DNA of 64,000 nucleotides, taken from positions 187,880 to 251,879 of the forward strand of contig CAVQGX010000020.1 in assembly GCA_963712115.1 (NCBI GenBank), written 5' to 3'. Position 1 is the first letter of the stretch; each line of letters begins with the position of its first letter. The position numbers and the translations under genes are program-made. Below, piece after piece: positions 20,898-31,059 of the stretch. Origin of the DNA: an uncultured delta proteobacterium. Its GTDB lineage: Bacteria > Desulfobacterota > Syntrophobacteria > BM002. The notes under the pieces are model-generated. The model worked only from the letters and a program-made list of their open reading frames with translations, did not search any database and was not told the origin of the DNA.

Positions 20898-23408
20898 TCA
20901 GTTCGACTGCCGGTAGATTTGGGACAGCCTCTCAATGGAAGAGGGTTCATAAACAGAAATGTCTGATGGATAATAGAGGGCAGCGTCGGTGGCCGGTTGA
21001 TCATTGCCGTTGTAGCCGCAGAAAGTAGTGCCAGCAATAGTGGTTATAATAGCTGTGGTGCCATCCACCATTCTGACTCGACAGTTATCAGTGTCGACAA
21101 TAAACATATTTCCCGAGCTATCTACCCATACGCCTTCCGGATAATCCAGTTGAGCTTGGGTGGCCAGTCCACCGTCGCCTGAAAAACCCGGGGTACCATT
21201 TCCGGCAACGGTGTTTATGATCTTGGTTGTGGCATCCACCTTTCTGACCACATCGTTCTTGGTGTCCGTAACGTAGATGTTTCCGGAAGCATCCACATAC
21301 ACGCCAGTGGGTGTATTCAAAAGAGCCTCGGTTGCCAGGCCACCATCGCCTGAAAAGCCAGCATTCGTACCCTGGCCCACCACGGTGTCTATGATCCCTG
21401 TGGTGGCATCCACTTTTCGAATGCAGTGACTGTGAGAGTCGGCAATGTAGAGGTTGCCTTCTTTGTCCACTGCCACATCATAAGATTTCATGATGCTGGC
21501 ATCTATGGCCAACCCTCCATCTCCTTTAAATTTGGCGTCGAACCGTCGCCAACTACAGTGGTTATTATCTGGGTTTGAGCATCCACTTTTCTGATACGGT
21601 AGTTGTAGGTATCCACAATGTAGATATTCCCTGCCGAATCCACGTAAACACTGAAGGGATACCTGAGCCTGGCGCTGGTTGCAGGTCCGCCGTCTCCGGA
21701 AAATCCTTTGGAACCGGTACCGGCAACGGTAGTGATGATTCCGGTTTTGGCATTTACCTTTCTGATCCGATGATTGTAAGTATCGGCAATGTAGAGATTT
21801 CCAGAAGCATCCAGGTGCACGCCAAAAGGGTAATTAAGTCTAGCCCAGGTAGCCAGTATGTTATCCCCGTTGTAGCCCGACCAAATGGTGCCGGCGGCTG
21901 AGGTGAGAAAGCCCTCTTTGAGGTCCACCTTTCTAATCCGATAATTAGAAGGATCGGAAATGTAGAGGTAGGCAGGGGCAGGAGACTCGTAGGCGCAGAC
22001 ACCCTGAGGTTTTTTGAGTGAGGCATCGATGGCCAGCCCGTAGTCACCCGAGTAACCCTCGCTGCCATTGCCTGCGGCAGTGGTAATATCTTTCGTGGTA
22101 ACGCTTACTTTTCTTATGCGGCTGTTTTCGGTATCAGCAATGAGTAGATTCCCTATTTCATCCAGCCAAACGGTTTTTGGTTTTTTGAGTGAAGCAAGAA
22201 TGGCCTGGTCACCATCTCCCGAATAATCTCCTGAGCCATTGCCTGCGACCGTGGTAATTGTCATGGTACCAGCATCGTCATAGACCATTCTGATGCGGTG
22301 GTTTTCGGTGTCAGCAATATAGATGTTTCCCAAACTATCGACAACAACCCCGGATGGTTTGTCCAGTTTGGCTGAGGTTGCCGGCCCGTCGTCTCCCAAA
22401 TAACCATGGTCGCCGTCGCCAGCTACGGTAGTGATTATATTGGTTCCACCATCCACTTTTCTGATGACATGATTTTCCGTGTCGGCAATATAGATGTTAT
22501 TAGAACTATCGACAAAAACCCCCAGAGGTTTCTTGAGCGAAGCCAGGGTAGCCTGGAAGGTATCTCCCGAATAACCTCCTGACCCGTTGCCAGCGACGGT
22601 AGTAATTATCCCGGTTTCACCATCCACTTTTCTGATGACATGATTTTCCGTGTCGGCAATATAGATGTTCTCCAATGCGTCAACAAAAACCGCGCTCGGT
22701 TTGTCGAGTTGGGCCTGAGTGGCCGGTCCATTATCTCCCGAATAGCCTATGACTGCCGTTGCCTGCCACCGTAGTTATTTCCCTGGTTGTGGCATCCACT
22801 TTTCTGATGACGTGATTTTCCGTGTCGGCAATATAGATGTTTTCGGAACTATCGACAAAAACTCCCTGCGGTTTGTCGAGTCTGGCTTCCACTGCTGGCC
22901 CATTGTCACCCGTATAGCCGCTGTTGCCGGTGCCCGCGATGGTATCGATTATCCCGGTTGTTGTATCCACTCTTCTGATGACATGATTTTCCGTGTCAGC
23001 AATAAGGTAGAAAATTCTGGTCTGAGCAATCAGCTGAAAAGAAGTTGAGAATTGTTTGATCCCCCCCCCGGGGACTTTAACCGTAACCGTGACCACATCT
23101 TTAAAGCCGGTGATGGAGGCGTCAACCACTGTGCGAGTGTAGCTAATGCCCTCGAATACGTAATCCTCACCTGAACTGCTTGTTCGCCAAGCAGGATTGC
23201 GGCTCAGATTCCAGGCAGCCTCTTCAAGGGCTGCTATCTGGCCCAGGTGGACCTGGCTGTTCCGGGTTTGGTTGGCCGTCACCCTGGCCTGCATGGAGGC
23301 TCGCCTGTTCATGCCCGCTGCCATTGCAGCCATGACAAGCATCATCAGGACGACTACAATGAGCACGTAGCCTCGGTCGTTCTTATGTCTTCTAATAAGT
23401 TCCAGCAT
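20898..23408 (-). CDS. PilX-like N-terminus fused to many NHL beta-propeller repeats (one gene of ~835 aa split by two frameshifts at ~22748 and ~21535)
   Basis: GYVLIVVVLMML prepilin-like start without Glu5; repeated GNIYIADTENHVIRKVD..ITTVAGNG..GYSGDG.A..A.L..P.G units continue across three ORFs. Confidence 0.82.
22451..23005. repeat. Near-identical 171-bp intragenic NHL repeats
   Basis: ATCCACTTTTCTGATGAC(A/G)TGATTTTCCGTGTC at 22451, 22622 and 22794, with a one-mismatch copy at 22965. Confidence 0.85.
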
Positions 23409-23520
23409 GTCTCAAAATTCAATAGCTTTCTGGTTACAACCAAATCCCAATCAGCAATGAAAGAATCCAGTAGCTCTATGCTTCCCAAATCCGCAATCCG
23501 CAATCTAAAATCTCCAATCA

Positions 23521-24216
23521 TCAATTCACATAAAACCCTCTAACCCTGGTCTTCAGGCTCACCTCGTGCTCGCCGGCACTTAGGGTTAGCAGAATTTCGA
23601 CCAAGTTCGGGGCCAACAGGGTGCATTGGAAAGCGGTTACATGCTCACAGAGCAACTTTTTCTCCTTGGGATCATAAAGGTCCGAGGTTCCATAGTTTGG
23701 CATCTCTTCCATGAGTTTCCAGTTGTTGCCATCGCTTTTGTCCAGATCGAAGGAGATTGGGTCTGGAGGATCTTCTGGGGTCCCCTCGTTGACCTGGCCG
23801 TTGTGATCGTTGTCAGCATCAAGATAGCCGTCACCCTCAAACAGATAACTATGGAGGTCGTTGTCGTAGGTGTCGATCAAGCGCTCGCTCACAACAAGCT
23901 TGTCCACGGAAGGCACGTCAATCTGGTCTGTTTCCTGAACAAACATCACCATGCGTTCCATGGCATAACGGGCCTGGGCCAGGAGTTCGGTTTTCTCAGT
24001 TGTCTGGCGATGGGCAGAGAGGGCGGTCCCCATGACTTGCTGGAGACCAATCATGATCATAGCGAGAATGGCAATGCTAATGAGGAGCTCGAGGAGGGTA
24101 AAACCTGAAGAGTCATGAATCCCTCGGGGCCTCTGCAAGCTATTAAATCGAGGAGGTTTTTCCCTGGTTTTCAATTCTTTACTCGCTGCCAACCCATCAT
24201 GCCAACCTTCCATCAT
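23521..24216 (-). CDS. PilW/GspJ-like pseudopilin (true start probably downstream of 24216)
   Basis: GFTLLELLISIAIL..ARYAMERM. Confidence 0.78.
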   Translation of the reverse strand: MMEGWHDGLAASKELKTREKPPRFNSLQRPRGIHDSSGFTLLELLISIAILAMIMIGLQQVMGTALSAHRQTTEKTELLAQARYAMERMVMFVQETDQIDVPSVDKLVVSERLIDTYDNDLHSYLFEGDGYLDADNDHNGQVNEGTPEDPPDPISFDLDKSDGNNWKLMEEMPNYGTSDLYDPKEKKLLCEHVTAFQCTLLAPNLVEILLTLSAGEHEVSLKTRVRGFYVN

Positions 24217-24299
24217 TCCAATATTCCCAATTTGGGATCCCTTAGGTGGGCTGAGGCGAGCGGAGCTAGCTCGAGAAAATTCGAGCAGGGAACGAAGTT

Positions 24300-24730
24300 C
24301 TAGTATTGGGATTTGAGAGTGGCGAAATGAAGATGCTCTAAGGTGACACTCAGCTGCAGCAGCCCGTCCAGGCCCCCGCTTGCATCAGTAATAGCCACAG
24401 TGGGGGTATAGTTTATTCCCTTAAAACTAAAAGTCTCCTTATCTGCCTCGGCGGCCGAGCCAAAAAGGGCCGCCAGGTTTACGGGGTCGCCCTGGTTGTT
24501 GTTTAGAGTGTCGAAATCGAAGGCCATGACCCGATTGAGGGTGCCCCTGGCTTGATTAGCGAAAACCGCTGTCTCTTCATCTGCGCTGGCTGTTAAGACG
24601 GCAGGGGCAAAGGCACGGACCATGGGCACAATGGCAATGGCAAGAATCAGCACCACCAGCATGATTTCGAGAAAAGTGAAGCCCCTGCAATTCATTGGTA
24701 TGAAAGCTCTGGTTGAAATGGAATTTCTCA
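24300..24730 (-). CDS. PilV/GspI-like pseudopilin
   Basis: GFTFLEIMLVVLILAIAIVPM; ATG at 24730 avoids overlap with the upstream gene. Confidence 0.75.
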
Positions 24731-24735
24731 TAAAT

Positions 24736-25296
24736 CTAATCGACCCTGATTTTGCCGGTAGTTCCATCCACGGTGATGGTTTTGCTGTCTCCTCCAAAAC
24801 TCAGGACAAAAAAGGAGTCGTCAGATGAGGAGTGACCATCCGGGTAAAATGAGATGACCCCACCAGTATCAGTAGGCGCTGCATCTATGCTTACCCCCTC
24901 ATATGTGTGGATTGTGTCAAGGTCTACGATGTACCAGTTCTTATCGAGAGGATTAATTACCACACCATAACCGTCTACGGGTGGTGTCTCGTCGTGATGA
25001 GGGTTGCTATCATCTCTGTGCTGGTAATCAAATACCCTGAACCAGTTCCCGTCCACATCCGCCTTAAGGCCAAAAGGCCGCTGATGAGTCACAGCCAGGC
25101 TCTGGGCATATTGCAGCCCGCAGACCATCTCCCGGGCGGCCTCGTTCAGCCTAGCCCCGGTCATCATTGAATACAGCTGGGGTGCCAAAATCACCCCCAT
25201 GATCCCGAGGATCATAAGGACAATAAGCAAATCGAGGAGGCTGAAGCCCCTATTCCTCTGCCTGGCAAACACCGTTCTATCCCAGACAACAAGCAA
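24736..25296 (-). CDS. FimT/GspH-like pseudopilin
   Basis: GFSLLDLLIV..RLNEAAREM..YAQSLA..ISFYPDG..TGKI. Confidence 0.78.
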   Translation of the reverse strand: MLVVWDRTVFARQRNRGFSLLDLLIVLMILGIMGVILAPQLYSMMTGARLNEAAREMVCGLQYAQSLAVTHQRPFGLKADVDGNWFRVFDYQHRDDSNPHHDETPPVDGYGVVINPLDKNWYIVDLDTIHTYEGVSIDAAPTDTGGVISFYPDGHSSSDDSFFVLSFGGDSKTITVDGTTGKIRVD

Positions 25297-25863
25297 CTAC
25301 ATGGCCGCGTGGGCATCACTGTCGTTGGCGAAGAAGAGCCCAAGGGGTGCGTAGTATCGCCAGCCGGCAGTGCTTCCACCGTCCCTCACCCTTGCAGCAG
25401 TGATGTCGTTTTGATCGAACACACATACCACGTCGACCGCATCAGCTGGAGCGCTGACGTAGGGATTCTGGGGCAGCGCGCCCAGCTTCAGATAGGGACC
25501 GAATTTAAAGGTGGCATCTTGGGTCGCCTGGATCCTGCCGTTGATGTCAGTAAACTGGGTAAGTTGCGCCAGTAATGCGACACGGGCTGCAGCATTGTCG
25601 GCCACAAGGGTTGTTCCATCAGCCTCCGAATAAATACCCGGGTACCTGTTTCCGTGCTGAGCCGCATACACTTCGATTGCACTTCTTACCGTGGTCAGAT
25701 TGCTTTGCAGGGTGTTCAGCCTGGCGTCTTCGGTGGAGACGGTAATCTGTGGCACAATGATCATGGCCAGGATTCCCAAAATAATCACCACCACAAGCAT
25801 CTCAATTAAGGTAAATCCCGACTGGTCCTTAAGCTTTTGAGTCCTAAACTCCCTAATCATCAC
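25297..25863 (-). CDS. Major (pseudo)pilin, GspG-like
   Basis: GFTLIEMLVVVIILGILAMIIVP..NL..VRSAIEVY..YP..GPYL..LP.NP; GGAGG RBS. Confidence 0.85.
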   Translation of the reverse strand: MMIREFRTQKLKDQSGFTLIEMLVVVIILGILAMIIVPQITVSTEDARLNTLQSNLTTVRSAIEVYAAQHGNRYPGIYSEADGTTLVADNAAARVALLAQLTQFTDINGRIQATQDATFKFGPYLKLGALPQNPYVSAPADAVDVVCVFDQNDITAARVRDGGSTAGWRYYAPLGLFFANDSDAHAAM

Positions 25864-25922
25864 TACACCTCCTCTAGTAAACGTCCTTCAACATTAAGAT
25901 AAATCGTTGAAGTTTTGCATTA

Positions 25923-25938
25923 TGCAATCTGCATGCCT
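25923..25938 (-). promoter_or_regulatory. Sigma-54-type promoter upstream of the major pilin
   Basis: AGGCATGCAGATTGCA (GG-N10-GC), overlapping the gspF stop codon. Confidence 0.6.
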
Positions 25939-27085
25939 AATGTATGGCATGTGCTAATCTAAAGAGCGGCAAAATTACTGAGCCTACTATGAGACCCACT
26001 ACTCCTCCCAAAAGAATCAGGGCAAGGGGTTCGATCAAGGAGGCAATGTTCTTTAGCTCCCGATCTACCTCAATGTCGTAATACTCAGCGAGCCGGAGCA
26101 TCACTTTAGGCAGATTTCCAACTTCCTCTCCCGTGGCCACCATTTGCTTGACCGAGTCCAGGACATAGGGATAAGTGGTGAAGGGCTGGGCGAACCTTCC
26201 TCCCTTCTCCACGTGATCCGTAATTTTATCTATGAAAAGCTTAAAATACCGGTTCTTGATGGTGGAGCGCGTTACTTCCAAAGCCTCCAGCAAAGGCACC
26301 TGACTCTGCATCAAATGTCCCAAGGTTCTAAGAAGTTGGCAGGTATAAATCTTGTTATATAGTCTTGACAAAATAGGTCCGCTCACACAGACTCGGTCTA
26401 TTACTGTCTGACCAACCTCACTCTCCTTCCAGAGCTTGACCCCAATGACGAGTCCTATGGTAATTATGATGTAAGCCCACCAATAGCCTCGCAGAGAAAC
26501 GCTGAGGACCATCAAAAATCGGGTGCTCAGTGGCAGGATCTTTTCTTTGCCGGCGAAAAAGGTGGAGAACTTGGGCAGCACACCCACCAGGACGAAAACC
26601 ACCACCAAGAACCCGACGAGACAAAGAACAGCGGGATAAGTCAAGGTGGATCTTAACTGGGCGATGAGGGCCAGACGCTTTTCCTGCATTTCCGCCAGCC
26701 TTTCAAGAATCTCCTTTAGAAAACCGCCAGTCTCTCCAGCTCTGATCATGCTGGTATAAACATAATTGAACACCCGGGGATGGCGCCGCATGGCATCGGA
26801 GAGCTGCTGCCCCTCCTCTATGTCCCTGTGTAAGACGCGAATCACTTCCTTGAATGCCGGGTTTTTGGTCTGCTTCTCCAGGGCTGCAAGCGCATTGGTA
26901 AGGGGTGTGCCTACCTCGAGCATTAGGGCAAGCTGGGAGGTGAAGAAAATAACCTCTTTGGGTTTGACAGTAGACCTGCGGAATACATCCAGACTCAGCT
27001 TAGGCATACGGCTAGCCAGCGAGGTAGAGCTCTTCGCAGCCTGAGGAGAGGCCCCTTGTTCATATTGTTCATAACTTATGGCCAT
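25937..27085 (-). CDS. gspF: GspF/PilC inner-membrane platform protein
   Basis: FTSQLALML..G..LS.AM..HP.VF..MIRAGETGG; YP; GEEVG.L; IEP. Confidence 0.92.
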   Translation of the reverse strand: MAISYEQYEQGASPQAAKSSTSLASRMPKLSLDVFRRSTVKPKEVIFFTSQLALMLEVGTPLTNALAALEKQTKNPAFKEVIRVLHRDIEEGQQLSDAMRRHPRVFNYVYTSMIRAGETGGFLKEILERLAEMQEKRLALIAQLRSTLTYPAVLCLVGFLVVVFVLVGVLPKFSTFFAGKEKILPLSTRFLMVLSVSLRGYWWAYIIITIGLVIGVKLWKESEVGQTVIDRVCVSGPILSRLYNKIYTCQLLRTLGHLMQSQVPLLEALEVTRSTIKNRYFKLFIDKITDHVEKGGRFAQPFTTYPYVLDSVKQMVATGEEVGNLPKVMLRLAEYYDIEVDRELKNIASLIEPLALILLGGVVGLIVGSVILPLFRLAHAIH

Positions 27086-27105
27086 GAAAGTCCGCGCCTT
27101 CCCTT

Positions 27106-28815
27106 CTAAGTCTCAACTGATGTTACTCTTTGGACCTCTTCTATGGTGGTGACCCGCTCCAACACCTTTTCGTAGCCCATTGATTTCAAAGTTCCGTGAC
27201 CATTTTTCCGCAGGTATTCATGCAAAACATCGATAGTCGGGTTCGTCAGGATAAGGGATTGCAGCCCCTCGTCCATTTCAAAGAGCTCATAAAGTCCGGT
27301 GCGGCCTTTGAACCCGGAGTCATAGCAGTTGGAGCATCCCTTGCCCCTCGACAACTTGACCTGTTTGCCTCCATTGCAACCCAGTGCCTGCAGCACTTCT
27401 TTGGGGGGGTAGTAATCCGCTTTACATTCGGGACATATGGTTCTGACCAAACGTTGTGCCAGGGAAGCCAGCAGCGAAGAAGATATGAGATAGGGCTCGA
27501 TCCCCATCTCCAGCAACCGTGTGATTGCACTGGGACTGTCGTTGGTGTGCAGAGTCGACAGAACCAGGTGTCCGGTGAGCGAGGCTTGAATGGCGATTTC
27601 GGCAGTCTCCCGATCTCTAATCTCGCCCACCATGATGATGTCAGGGTCCTGTCTCAGGGCGTGCTTAAGGAAGCGGGAAAAGGTCAGGCCGATGTACTCC
27701 CTCACCTGATTCTGATTTATTCGATCCAGTTGATACTCCACAGGGTCTTCAATGGTGACCAGGTTCTTCTCTGGTGCGTTGAGCAAGGTCATAGCCGAGT
27801 ACAGAGTGGTGGTTTTGCCACTCCCTGTGGGGCCGCAGACCAGGAGGAGGCCGTGGGGTCTCCGTAAGAGAGATTTGAAGCGATCGAGTATCACTGGGGC
27901 GAAGCCCAGTGTGTTCAGGTCCAGCATGGCCGTGCTTTTGTCTAGGATCCGCAAGACCACTTTTTCACCGTGGATCCCCGGCATGGATGAAAACCTCAGG
28001 TCTACCTTGCGCCCCTCCACATGAACCTGTATACGGCCGTCCTGGGGTATCCGTCGCTCCGCGATATCTAGATTGGCCATAACCTTCAACCTCGAGACCA
28101 CGGCCGCATGCATCTCAATTTTAGAGGACATGAGCTCATAGAGCACACCGTCTATGCGGAGTCGAACTCTAAATCTGCCCGGTTCCGGCTCTATATGGAT
28201 GTCACTTGCTCCATCTCGTATGGCTCTCAACAAGACCATATTGGTCCAGTTGACCACCGGGCTCCCTTCAGCCATCTCGGCAATTTCACTGATCTCTCTT
28301 TCAAAGGAGGATTTAACCAGCTCGATATCAGACTCGTCAATATTGGCCATAACCTCATCCATGCTTACCTCTTTTTGGTAGCATTCATGGATGGCATCTA
28401 TGATATCGTCCGCCCGGCAGAGTACCGGTTGAACCTCTAGGCCTGTGATCTTGGAGACCTCGTCGAAGACAAAAAAAGCATGGGGATCAGATGTGGCCAG
28501 GGTCAAAAGGTTGTTGATCTTGAACATGGGGATGACCTGGAAATGCAAGGCTTTCTCTTTGGGCAAGACATGGACAATCCTGGGATCTACCAAGCCCTTG
28601 CGCAGCCAGATGTGGGGGATACCCAACTGCTCCCCTATGATAGTGGTCAGTTCCTCTCTGCTGAGGATATCCTCCTCCAGCAAGAGTTGCCCAAGAGGCT
28701 TGGAGGTTCCCTTCTGGGTACGGAGAAATTCGGCCAGCTGTTCGGCTGTGATCAGACCTTTGCCGACCAGAATTTCACCGATTTTTTTTCTTCTGGGGAC
28801 AAGACTGCGTTTCAT
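27106..28815 (-). CDS. GspE/PilB/MshE ATPase with N-terminal MshEN-like c-di-GMP motif
   Basis: KIGEILVGKGLITAEQLAEFLRTQ..PLGQLLL; GPTGSGKTTT; LRQDPD; CPEC/CSNC. Confidence 0.93.
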   Translation of the reverse strand: MKRSLVPRRKKIGEILVGKGLITAEQLAEFLRTQKGTSKPLGQLLLEEDILSREELTTIIGEQLGIPHIWLRKGLVDPRIVHVLPKEKALHFQVIPMFKINNLLTLATSDPHAFFVFDEVSKITGLEVQPVLCRADDIIDAIHECYQKEVSMDEVMANIDESDIELVKSSFEREISEIAEMAEGSPVVNWTNMVLLRAIRDGASDIHIEPEPGRFRVRLRIDGVLYELMSSKIEMHAAVVSRLKVMANLDIAERRIPQDGRIQVHVEGRKVDLRFSSMPGIHGEKVVLRILDKSTAMLDLNTLGFAPVILDRFKSLLRRPHGLLLVCGPTGSGKTTTLYSAMTLLNAPEKNLVTIEDPVEYQLDRINQNQVREYIGLTFSRFLKHALRQDPDIIMVGEIRDRETAEIAIQASLTGHLVLSTLHTNDSPSAITRLLEMGIEPYLISSSLLASLAQRLVRTICPECKADYYPPKEVLQALGCNGGKQVKLSRGKGCSNCYDSGFKGRTGLYELFEMDEGLQSLILTNPTIDVLHEYLRKNGHGTLKSMGYEKVLERVTTIEEVQRVTSVET

Positions 28816-29156
28816 CGCTCACTTTTAATGGCTTCGTGAATGTCCTCGTAAACGTGTAAATGGATCAGCCGAGTAGCAAAAAATATGTCACGGCAGACTT
28901 CGTTCAAGCCGATTATCATTAAGCGGTTTCCTTGATTTCTCAGCTCTTCATGCATCCGCACCAAGAGTTCAAGAGCCTCGCTATCCATGTAGGCTATGGC
29001 CTTGCAGTCCAGGATGATATCGCTCCTTTGTTGATTGATACACTCATCAAAGGTGGCCTGAAGTTCTTCGCGATTCTCATAGGTAAGTGACTTTTTGGGC
29101 GCAAGAACCGTCCTGCTACCTACTCGGGCTATAGATATTGCCGATGATGATTGCAT
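28812..29156 (-). CDS. STAS-domain (anti-sigma antagonist-like) protein
   Basis: IILDCKAIAYMDSEAL..L..L..G..L with the conserved DS phosphosite. Confidence 0.85.
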   Translation of the reverse strand: MQSSSAISIARVGSRTVLAPKKSLTYENREELQATFDECINQQRSDIILDCKAIAYMDSEALELLVRMHEELRNQGNRLMIIGLNEVCRDIFFATRLIHLHVYEDIHEAIKSER

Positions 29157-29166
29157 GGTAGAGACT

Positions 29167-30682
29167 TCACTCGTCAGGGCTGCATTTTTGCTTAAGGTCT
29201 TTTCTAAATACCTCTTTGAATACCTCCACCAACTCGGGGTCCAGTTGGCTTCCCGCCACCCTTTCCATTTCCTCGAGGGCTTCAGCCGGAGATTTGCCAG
29301 GGCGATATGCTCGGTTCGAGGTCATGGCATCGAAAGTGTCGGCAACGGCAATTATTCGGGCCTCCAGCGGGATCTTTTTCCCTTTCAGTCCGCCGGGATA
29401 GCCTTTGCCATCGTAGCGCTCATGGTGGTGCAACATGCCCGGTAGAGAACTGGCCAGCTGCTCGAGGGGCTCAAGGATTGTGTGTCCTTTGGTGGGGTGG
29501 TTCTTGATAATCTGATACTCTTCGTCCTCCAAACGCCAGGGCTTGTTCAAAATGGACTCGGGAATGCCGATTTTTCCACTGTCGTGCAGAATGGATGCCC
29601 ACTGGAGCACCTTTTTCCGCTCTTCGTTGAGACCCATTCGATCTGCCATGAGGAGTGAATATCGGCAAACCCGTTCGGAATGACCTCGGGTGTAATCATC
29701 CTTGGCCTCAATGGCGTAGACCAGTGATTTGACCATGTTGATGACAAAACGTTCCAGGTCACGATAAAGATCTGAATTGGTAATGACCACGGCAATTTGC
29801 TCGGCCATAGAATTGAGAAGCCTTAATTCACTTCGTCGAAAGATTTCAGCCAAATTGAACGATACAAGCCCCATCCATCCGTAAAAGTTGTCGTTGTGTC
29901 TCATCTTCACCGCAAGAAAACGATAGGACTCCGGGGCGTGTTTTTCATATCCCGGGGTTGTTCTCGAGTCATTGACGATAAAGTAGTTCTCTTCCAGAGA
30001 GGGTGAATTCTGTGGGATTGAATCTATTAAAGTGTCAATAAAGACATTCTGATCGGAGATCATCTTGGAGGCTGCTGGGGTGCTCAGGAGAGAATTGTAC
30101 TCCGGCCTCTCCGGGAGCCTGGCGAAGGCAATGTCTGTTCGCATGGTATCCATGAGGTCCGCAACGAGGTCTTTTAGCATCGCACCCGAGAAGGTTATTG
30201 TTCTTACCCGGCCGGCAATTCTGGCATAGAAGCAGAGCTGTTCGAAGTTATCGGTCAACTCTTCGGCCATCTCTTCCATTTCTTGTTGGGTGGCGAGCTT
30301 GTCTTCTAAAAGCGTCACCACCTGACTCAGGAACTTCTCCATCTCGGCGGCAGCAGATGAATTGGGCTGCTGCTAATGTTTGAAATTGTGAGTGCTCGTG
30401 AGAGTTTGAGTCGAAGGCAACTAGAGACCCCACCACCAGATCACCATCTCTAATAGGAACGCCAAAAAGCCCTTCCCCACCATTGGACTGAACATGATGG
30501 AATTTAGCCTGATTTATGATCGCCTCGGAAAAATCCTCTAGCTCCTGCAGAGGAGGCGTCATGTGCTGGTTGGAGCCGGCAGAGAATACCAACCCCTCAT
30601 GGATGTCCCATATCTGGAAATTCAGTTTGCTGATTTTGGCAAGGCTAGCCAGGAATTCTTTTGCCGGGCCCATCTTTATCAT
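29167..30682 (-). CDS. PocR-like/GAF/HD-GYP phosphodiesterase (frameshifted near 30360)
   Basis: AKDDYTRGHSERV, LHDSGKIG, HHERYDGKGYP, IIAVAD. GAF-like middle region; N-terminal FGVPI..VVGSL PocR-like ORF 30248-30682 overlaps. Confidence 0.85.
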
Positions 30683-31059
30683 CCTTGGTCGTACAAATAC
30701 TGGTCAACAAATTTCAAAATGGTCGACAAACTAAAGGGTTTCTCCACAAACACGGTGTCCTGCAGCTGGTTAATCCAATCTTCCTCGCTGGGAGAAATCC
30801 GGCACGTCATTACGATAGTTAGAAAAGGTCTTTCCTTTTTAAGTTCATTTACCCTTTCGCACAGTGCTTTGCCGTCAAGCTTGGGCATCATGATATCGGT
30901 GATAACCACATCTGGCTCCTGGGCTTTGATCAACTCGAGCCCCTCCTCACCATTTGTGGCGGTAATAACTCGGTATCCTTGGTTTTTGAATTTGAGCTCG
31001 ATCACTCGCCTGATATGGGCCTCATCATCGATGACCAGAACGGACTTATTGTTTTCCAA
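30679..31059 (-). CDS. Single-domain response regulator
   Basis: VIDDE, DIMMP, KPF; TTG start at 31059 with GGAGG RBS, overlapping the kinase stop. Confidence 0.88.
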   Translation of the reverse strand: MENNKSVLVIDDEAHIRRVIELKFKNQGYRVITATNGEEGLELIKAQEPDVVITDIMMPKLDGKALCERVNELKKERPFLTIVMTCRISPSEEDWINQLQDTVFVEKPFSLSTILKFVDQYLYDQG

